Assembly: GCA_030141605.1 (NCBI GenBank)
Contig: JAQGDQ010002399.1
Span: 29,220 to 93,219 of the forward strand
Reading direction: 5' to 3'
Length of the DNA: 64,000 nt
Source: Tubiluchus corallicola
Lineage: Eukaryota > Animalia > Priapulida
Shown here: one piece after another, positions 58,058 through 64,000 of the stretch
Layout of the letters: each line of letters begins with the position of its first letter
How positions within the stretch are numbered: the stretch's first letter is position 1
Program-made: the position numbers and the translations under genes
The notes under the pieces: model-generated
Databases searched by the model: none
Told to the model about the DNA's origin: nothing
Seen by the model: only the letters and a program-made list of their open reading frames with translations

Positions 58058-60199
58058 ATGTTGAAAAAAATATTGTTGGGCTTACTACTACTTACTGTAA
58101 TAGTTCCTCTTCTTGCTCAAATAAGTTCAGGAGGACAGCCTTATTTTTATAATAATAATTTAATATTAAAATCCTTTTCAGATATTCCTGAGATAAAACT
58201 GGAGGTGGGAGAAATAGATACGGCTCCTATTCAAGAGAGTAATTTTAAGACTTTTGTTTTTGCTCAGGGTATAGATACAGATATTTCGCCTCGAAATAAT
58301 GGGGTGTGGACAGAAGTACCCGGTGTGGGTAAGATATGGCAGATTAAAATAAGGTCTTTTCAAGCCTTTTCTTTGGGGGTGCTTTTTGAGAAGTTTTACT
58401 TGCCTATAGGGGCTAAGTTGTTTGTGTATAATCCTGAAACAAATTTTATTTTAGGAGCATTTACTAATAAAAATAATAAAGAGTTTGGCAGCCTAATGAT
58501 ATCACCTGTAAAGGGAGATTATATTATTATAGAATTACAACTTCCTTACGAGATAGAGACTAATTATAGTTTAAAGGTGGGAAAGGTGTTTCACGATTTT
58601 ATGGGAATATTAAAAAATAATCCTTATTTCGGGGAAGCAGGTGCTTGTAATATTGATGTAAATTGCTTTGAAGCGGACAAATGGGAGGAAGAAAAACGTA
58701 GTGTGTGTAGAATTGTTTTTCCTGGTGATCTTGGTGGTTTAGCTGTAGGTTCGGGAGTTTTAGTAAACAATGTAAAAAGCGATGGTACTCCTTATTTTCT
58801 GACAGCTCACCACATATTTGGGAGTAGTCCTGTTGCTAACAACTCTATTTTTTATTTTAATTACGAACGTTCATTATGTCCTGATGAAGAAGATAATAAT
58901 GATGTAGTGGGGGGAGTTTATACACAGACTATATCAGGTTCTGAATTGTTGGCCACTTCTGATGATATAGATTTTTCATTGGTGAAATTGTCTGAGACTC
59001 CACCTATTGATTTTCTTCCGTATTACGCGGGGTGGAATGTAAATGCTACACCCCCTCACTTTCTTACAGGCATTCACCATCCTATAGGTGTAGAAAAAAA
59101 AATAAGCAGAGACAAAGACGAAGCAGGCTATAGTGGAAATTTTGCTTCGAGTTTAGGATTTATAGAAAATTCACATTGGCATATTCTTAATTGGGAAGAG
59201 GGGGTAACAGAAGGAGGCTCTTCGGGTTCCCCGTTGTTTAATAACAATAGAAAGTTAGTAGGTGTTTTAAGCGGTGGAGCGGCAAATTGTGAAAACCCTT
59301 CAGATGACTATTACACGAGGTTGGATATGGCGTGGAATTACTTTCCAGAAGAAAACAGGCAACTGAAAATATGGTTAGACCCTGATAATAAAAACATCAC
59401 CACTATTGAAGGATATGATCCTTATGAACACGAAGAAATCTATTTTAGGTGGTTTAATTTTAATTATACAGATTATTATAGCACTTATAATAGCTCTAAT
59501 TACAATTCATTGGCAGAAAAATTTCAACTTCAAGGTAAAATAAGAGGTATTTATTTTTTGCCAAACAAAGTGGAGATAGCTAATGGCAATACAATAGAAA
59601 TTAAAATTTGGGAAGGAGATAAATATCCTGAAAATCTAATTTATACTCAAGAAGTGGATTTATCTCTTTTTGAGGAAAATGTTGAGAGTCTTATCTATTT
59701 AGATAATGCAGTAGAGTTTGAAAATCAGCTGTTTGTTGGTTTTCAAACTCAGAATAATAATTTTGGCGTTTATAAAATCTCTAAAACAAAAGGCATTTCT
59801 AACTCTGCTTTTGCTTATTCGCAAAACAAATGGGACTACCTTTCAGTGTCGGAAGGTGATGATATCAGTTTATCTCTTGGGGTGAGACTTTTAGCAAGTA
59901 GCGAGGATAAAATAGTTATACCTGATATTGAGTATGGAGATGTGCTTTTTTATCCTAATCCCATAACTGATTTTTTGTATCTGGGTTTAGAAAATATGCC
60001 CCAAGAATTTAAAGTATTTATCTACGATACTTCTGGAGCATTAATAGCGGTAGATAACGAGGCAAAAGAAAAATTAGAACCAAAATATGATAGATATCAT
60101 AAATACATTATGCCTTTTGAGAAATATAAAAAAGGAATATATATAATAAAAGTGAAAATGGATAATCAAATTGTGGCTAAAAAGATAATTAAAAATTAA
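58058..60199 (+). CDS. T9SS-secreted trypsin-like serine protease (lysyl endopeptidase-like)
   Basis: CNIDVNC, LTAHH, DFSL, HHP.G..K, TEGGSSGSPL; C-terminal FYPNP...KGIYIIK..KKIIK. Confidence 0.88.
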   Translation: MLKKILLGLLLLTVIVPLLAQISSGGQPYFYNNNLILKSFSDIPEIKLEVGEIDTAPIQESNFKTFVFAQGIDTDISPRNNGVWTEVPGVGKIWQIKIRSFQAFSLGVLFEKFYLPIGAKLFVYNPETNFILGAFTNKNNKEFGSLMISPVKGDYIIIELQLPYEIETNYSLKVGKVFHDFMGILKNNPYFGEAGACNIDVNCFEADKWEEEKRSVCRIVFPGDLGGLAVGSGVLVNNVKSDGTPYFLTAHHIFGSSPVANNSIFYFNYERSLCPDEEDNNDVVGGVYTQTISGSELLATSDDIDFSLVKLSETPPIDFLPYYAGWNVNATPPHFLTGIHHPIGVEKKISRDKDEAGYSGNFASSLGFIENSHWHILNWEEGVTEGGSSGSPLFNNNRKLVGVLSGGAANCENPSDDYYTRLDMAWNYFPEENRQLKIWLDPDNKNITTIEGYDPYEHEEIYFRWFNFNYTDYYSTYNSSNYNSLAEKFQLQGKIRGIYFLPNKVEIANGNTIEIKIWEGDKYPENLIYTQEVDLSLFEENVESLIYLDNAVEFENQLFVGFQTQNNNFGVYKISKTKGISNSAFAYSQNKWDYLSVSEGDDISLSLGVRLLASSEDKIVIPDIEYGDVLFYPNPITDFLYLGLENMPQEFKVFIYDTSGALIAVDNEAKEKLEPKYDRYHKYIMPFEKYKKGIYIIKVKMDNQIVAKKIIKN

Positions 60200-60221
60200 G
60201 TTCTTTTAGCTTTTTCATTTT

Positions 60222-60971
60222 TCAAACTTCTATTAGTTCTTTATTTTCTATGTTGAAAACATTGTTAATGTGCTTGTTTAAATTTTCATTACAAGTGTTG
60301 CAACAGGTGATATCATTGTCTTTTGATACAAGCCATATTTCATCGGTTATTTTTTTTGCAGTATGTAGCTCGTGTGTAGCAATTAGTACTGCTTTTTTGT
60401 TTTCAACAGCCAACTTTTTTAACATCGATATAATTTCAATTCTATTAGGTAAGTCAAGGTGAGAAGTGGGTTCATCTAACAACACTAATGGTGTATCTTG
60501 TGCTATGGTTCTTGCAATGACTGCTTTTTGAAACTCTCCATCGCTTAGCTCGTGTAACAACCTGTTTCTATAAGTAGATAAACTAGTTTGTTCTAATGTT
60601 CTATGTATAATATTTTTATCATAAGCAGTTAATTTTCCCATCCACGAGGTGTGGGGTTGTCGTCCCATAGCTACAAAATCGAAAACATTCATATTTTCTA
60701 TTTTTGTGTTGTGGGTTAACACAATAGATAATAGACGAGCATTTCGTTTGAAGTTTTTACTATTAACTACATTGCCATTTATCAAAATATTTCCACTCAA
60801 TGCAGGTAACAAACCAGCAATAGTACCTATTAGGGTAGATTTTCCAGAACCATTTCTTCCCAACAGCCCTACAAACTTACCTTCTTCAATACTAAGATTG
60901 ATATTAGAAATAAGTTGTTTATTCTGATACCCAATAGAAATATTTTGTAATTCTAAAACAGACGTTTTCAT
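60222..60971 (-). CDS. Iron-siderophore/cobalamin-type ABC ATP-binding protein (FecE/BtuD-like)
   Basis: GRNGSGKST, GRQPHT, LSDGE, LDEPTSHLD. Confidence 0.88.
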   Translation of the reverse strand: MKTSVLELQNISIGYQNKQLISNINLSIEEGKFVGLLGRNGSGKSTLIGTIAGLLPALSGNILINGNVVNSKNFKRNARLLSIVLTHNTKIENMNVFDFVAMGRQPHTSWMGKLTAYDKNIIHRTLEQTSLSTYRNRLLHELSDGEFQKAVIARTIAQDTPLVLLDEPTSHLDLPNRIEIISMLKKLAVENKKAVLIATHELHTAKKITDEIWLVSKDNDITCCNTCNENLNKHINNVFNIENKELIEV

Positions 60972-61071
60972 ATTGCAAAGTTATGAAAAAAAGGATATTT
61001 ATCTCTACTGCATTCAAAATGTCATTCTTAATTTTTTATCTATTTTTGCACTACGAAATAAATTACAGACA

Positions 61072-62724
61072 ATGAAAATAGCCGTAGCTCAACTTAATTA
61101 TCATGTAGGTAATTTTGAGGATAATGTAGAAAAAATAAAACAATATATAGATAAGGGAAGAAATGAGGGGGTGGATTTAGTAATATTTACTGAGCTGGCT
61201 ATATGTGGTTATGTTGCCAAAGATTTGTTAGAACGAGAGGATTTTATACGCAAATGCAAACAGGCTACTGACGAAGTAGTAGCTTACACACAAGACATAG
61301 CCATTGTTATAGGAGCGCCAACTATCAATGACAATGAAAAGGGAAGAATGCTTTACAACTCTGCATTGTTTGTTGAAAATCAAGAAATAAAGTTCGTACA
61401 GCACAAAACGTTATTGCCTTCTTATGATATCTTTGATGAATATAGATATTTTGAGACTAACACAGATTTTAATGTATTTGTTTTTAAGGGCAAAAAAATA
61501 GGACTTACTATCTGCGAAGATATTTGGGAGCGGCAATATGTGGAAAATAAATTTGTAAAAAATTCATTTTTTCCAATCTACCCCGTAGATGAGCTGATGA
61601 AATACTCTCCTAATATAATTATTAATATTTCGGCCTCTCCATTTTCATATTTAAAAAATGAGCGAAGAAATAAAGTTGTTTGTCATTGTGCCAAAAAGTA
61701 CCATGTGCCTGTAATTTATGCTAATCAGGTAGGGGCAGATACGGATGTTTTATTTGATGGAGTGTCAAAGTTTGTTAATAGCAAAGGAGATATAGTAGAA
61801 GAATTAGCTCTTTTTGAGGAAGATTTTCGCATAGTGGATATGAACGCCATAGAAAAATGTAAAGTAGCCGATACTTGTATTGTAGAAAAGATACCTTTGA
61901 TATACAAGGCTTTGAAATTAGGTATTCGAGACTATTTTAATAAAATGAAATTTCAACGGGCTGTTTTAGGACTTTCTGGAGGCTTAGATTCTGCCGTTAC
62001 CCTTGCATTGGCTGCAGAGGCTCTTGGTAGTGAAAATATAAAAGGTATATTGATGCCTTCTAAATACTCGTCCGAACATTCGGTTGAAGATGCTATGCAA
62101 ATTGCTAAAAATTTAAAGGTAAATTATGAAATAATACCTATAAAAAATATTACTGATGATTTTGATATAGCCTTACATCCAATATTTAAAGGATTGCCAT
62201 TTAATATTACAGAAGAAAATATACAAGCACGTATAAGGGGTAACTTGTTGATGGCTGTAGCCAATAAACTAGATTATATACTACTTAATACTTCTAACAA
62301 AAGTGAAATGGCTGTCGGCTACAGTACATTGTATGGCGATATGAGTGGAGGCTTGTCTGTATTGGGCGATGTATATAAAACAGATGTATACCGTTTGGCA
62401 AAATATATCAACAGAAAGGAGGAAATAATACCCCGAAATACCATTGTAAAGCCTCCTTCTGCAGAATTACGACCAGACCAAAAAGACAGTGATTCCCTTC
62501 CCGAATACGATATTTTGGACAACATACTTTATCAATACATAGAAGAGCAAAAATCAAAAGAAGCTATTGTACAAAGTGGTGTAGAAGAAAAAGTGGTGGA
62601 AAAAGTTATTCGCCTTGTTGATATTAGTGAATATAAAAGATATCAATCGCCTCCCATTTTTAGAGTATCACCTAAGGCTTTTGGTATAGGCAGGCAAATA
62701 CCACTAGTGGTTTGGTTAAAGTAA
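61072..62724 (+). CDS. nadE: Glutamine-dependent NAD+ synthetase
   Basis: Nitrilase domain (AQLN, ICEDIW, SASP) plus GLSGGLDS, ENIQARIRG, NKSE, GYSTLYGD, PSAELR; start moved to 61072, TATTTTTG at 61041-61048. Confidence 0.95.
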   Translation: MKIAVAQLNYHVGNFEDNVEKIKQYIDKGRNEGVDLVIFTELAICGYVAKDLLEREDFIRKCKQATDEVVAYTQDIAIVIGAPTINDNEKGRMLYNSALFVENQEIKFVQHKTLLPSYDIFDEYRYFETNTDFNVFVFKGKKIGLTICEDIWERQYVENKFVKNSFFPIYPVDELMKYSPNIIINISASPFSYLKNERRNKVVCHCAKKYHVPVIYANQVGADTDVLFDGVSKFVNSKGDIVEELALFEEDFRIVDMNAIEKCKVADTCIVEKIPLIYKALKLGIRDYFNKMKFQRAVLGLSGGLDSAVTLALAAEALGSENIKGILMPSKYSSEHSVEDAMQIAKNLKVNYEIIPIKNITDDFDIALHPIFKGLPFNITEENIQARIRGNLLMAVANKLDYILLNTSNKSEMAVGYSTLYGDMSGGLSVLGDVYKTDVYRLAKYINRKEEIIPRNTIVKPPSAELRPDQKDSDSLPEYDILDNILYQYIEEQKSKEAIVQSGVEEKVVEKVIRLVDISEYKRYQSPPIFRVSPKAFGIGRQIPLVVWLK

Positions 62725-62780
62725 AAAATATATTTTTGTATTCATTAGTGGTTTAATTAAAATAAAAAATATATTTTTGT
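62705..62780 (+). repeat. Imperfect tandem duplication (35-bp match, 41-bp period) spanning the nadE stop
   Basis: tagtggtttggttaaagtaaaaaatatatttttgt (62705-62739) versus tagtggtttaattaaaataaaaaatatatttttgt (62746-62780), 3 mismatches. Confidence 0.85.
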
Positions 62781-62820
62781 TTTCTTAAAACACTATGTCA
62801 TAACATTAAAACTTTTTTCT

Positions 62821-64000
62821 ATGAAAACAATTATTCTTATACTAACAATTCTTGTTTTATCTTGTAAAATAAATTATGCACAGTCTTTGAAAGGGAAAGT
62901 TGTTGATGGTGAGGGAGAGCCTTTGATAGGAGCTTCGGTTTTTATAGAGGGAACTACAACTGGAACTATGACAGATGTAACGGGAAGTTATGAGATACAA
63001 AATGTAAAACAAGGTAGTCATACATTAATAGCTAGTTACATAGGTTATAGTACTAAAAGGAAAGTAGTAGATGTGAGAGGAGAGGAAGTTGTTGTTGTGA
63101 GCGATTTTGCATTAAAAGAAGAATCTAAAACTCTAGATGCGGTTGTCGTTACAGGAACATTTGTTACGAGAACACAAAAAGAAACTCCTGCATCTATAAC
63201 TAATATTTCTTCAAAAAAACTACAAACCCTTCAATCTAACTCACAAGCAGATATTCTTAGAATTGTTCCTGGTGTTCACGCAGAAGGTGGTGGTGGTGAA
63301 GTAGGTAGTAACGTTTTTGTTAGAGGATTACCAGCTGGAGGACAGTATCAATATGTGCCTATCCAGATAGATGGTATGCCTGTGGAGAGTACTTTTGGTA
63401 TGACTTCTTCTGCAACGGATGTGTATTTTAGAAACGATTTGGCTATTAAGGGAATGGAATTTGTTAGAGGAGGCTCTTCAACACTATATGGTGTAGGTTC
63501 TGTGGCAGGTATTATTAATTATCAAACAAAAACAGGAACAACTGTTCCAACGTCTAACATACAGTATGAAGCAGCTGATGCAGGACGAGCAAAAATAGAT
63601 TTTTTCACTTCTGGGCCTTTAGGAGAAGCAGATTCTAAAGTTTTTTACAGCCTTTCTGGAGTTTATCGCTACGATGAAGGGCCTATTTATACTGGGCTGC
63701 CTTCCGAAGGATATCAAATAAGAGGAAGCTTGAAAAAAGTTTTAAACAATGGCTCTTTTACTGTTTATGGACAATACATAGATGATGGAGCACAATTTTT
63801 CTTGCCTATTCCCCTAGAAGGTAATAGCCGGGATAGATTAATAGGTAATGATGGCGAAGAGGTTTATTCTCTTCAAACAAAACATGCAGGTAATATTGGA
63901 TATCAAACTCCAGATGGAATGTTTTATACAGACATTAGCGATGGTGTTAAAACAAAAGGAGGATATTTACATTTTAACTTTAAGCAATATTGGGGTGAAA
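62821..64000 (+). CDS. TonB-dependent receptor, 5' part (runs off window; absent from the ORF track)
   Basis: Open frame MKTIILIL...GEPLIGASV...SYIGY...LDAVVVTGT...PGVHAEGGGGEV..NVFVRGLP...EFVRGGSSTLYG..SVAGIIN. Confidence 0.9.
   Translation, partial: MKTIILILTILVLSCKINYAQSLKGKVVDGEGEPLIGASVFIEGTTTGTMTDVTGSYEIQNVKQGSHTLIASYIGYSTKRKVVDVRGEEVVVVSDFALKEESKTLDAVVVTGTFVTRTQKETPASITNISSKKLQTLQSNSQADILRIVPGVHAEGGGGEVGSNVFVRGLPAGGQYQYVPIQIDGMPVESTFGMTSSATDVYFRNDLAIKGMEFVRGGSSTLYGVGSVAGIINYQTKTGTTVPTSNIQYEAADAGRAKIDFFTSGPLGEADSKVFYSLSGVYRYDEGPIYTGLPSEGYQIRGSLKKVLNNGSFTVYGQYIDDGAQFFLPIPLEGNSRDRLIGNDGEEVYSLQTKHAGNIGYQTPDGMFYTDISDGVKTKGGYLHFNFKQYWGE

Noticed and set aside
60973-61071. N-terminal extension of NadE in the ORF track (similarly Xth 9510-9566)
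   Set aside because: Spans divergent promoter elements; homology begins at the downstream Met
303-62525. Numerous 60-175-aa alternative-frame or antisense ORFs (e.g. 847-1317, 42191-42667, 49508-50035)
   Set aside because: Overlap well-supported genes and show no recognisable motifs

Overview
AT-rich chromosomal segment of a Bacteroidota bacterium, judged from SusC/SusD, type IX secretion (T9SS) C-terminal domains and TAnnTTTG promoters. No rRNA, tRNA, CRISPR, integrase or transposase was recognised. Housekeeping genes include the gpmI 3' end, proB, dgt, aminopeptidase P, xth, thiH, ThiD2-thiE, trpEGD, guaA, purB, greA, uvrA, dCMP deaminase, an S41 peptidase and nadE. The most notable accessory block is a ~13-kb polysaccharide utilization locus (PUL, 17395-30154). 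It has SusC, SusD, two Cys-type sulfatases, an FN3/beta-helix lipoprotein and two paralogous proteins with clan GH-A-like motifs that I cannot assign to a known family. These are the best candidates for a new sulfated-glycan hydrolase system. Convergent to the PUL is a 1762-aa T9SS adhesin built from CSPG/cadherin-like repeats, with near-identical 705-bp DNA units and about 50 O-glycosylation sequons. Also present: an OprC-type (CxxxM-HxM) copper TonB receptor behind a ZnuB-like permease, an ABC flippase/GT-C/GT2 triad, several fragmented operons, and a strong G+T versus A+C strand bias that changes sign repeatedly regardless of gene orientation. All calls come from reading motifs by eye; no database searches were run.
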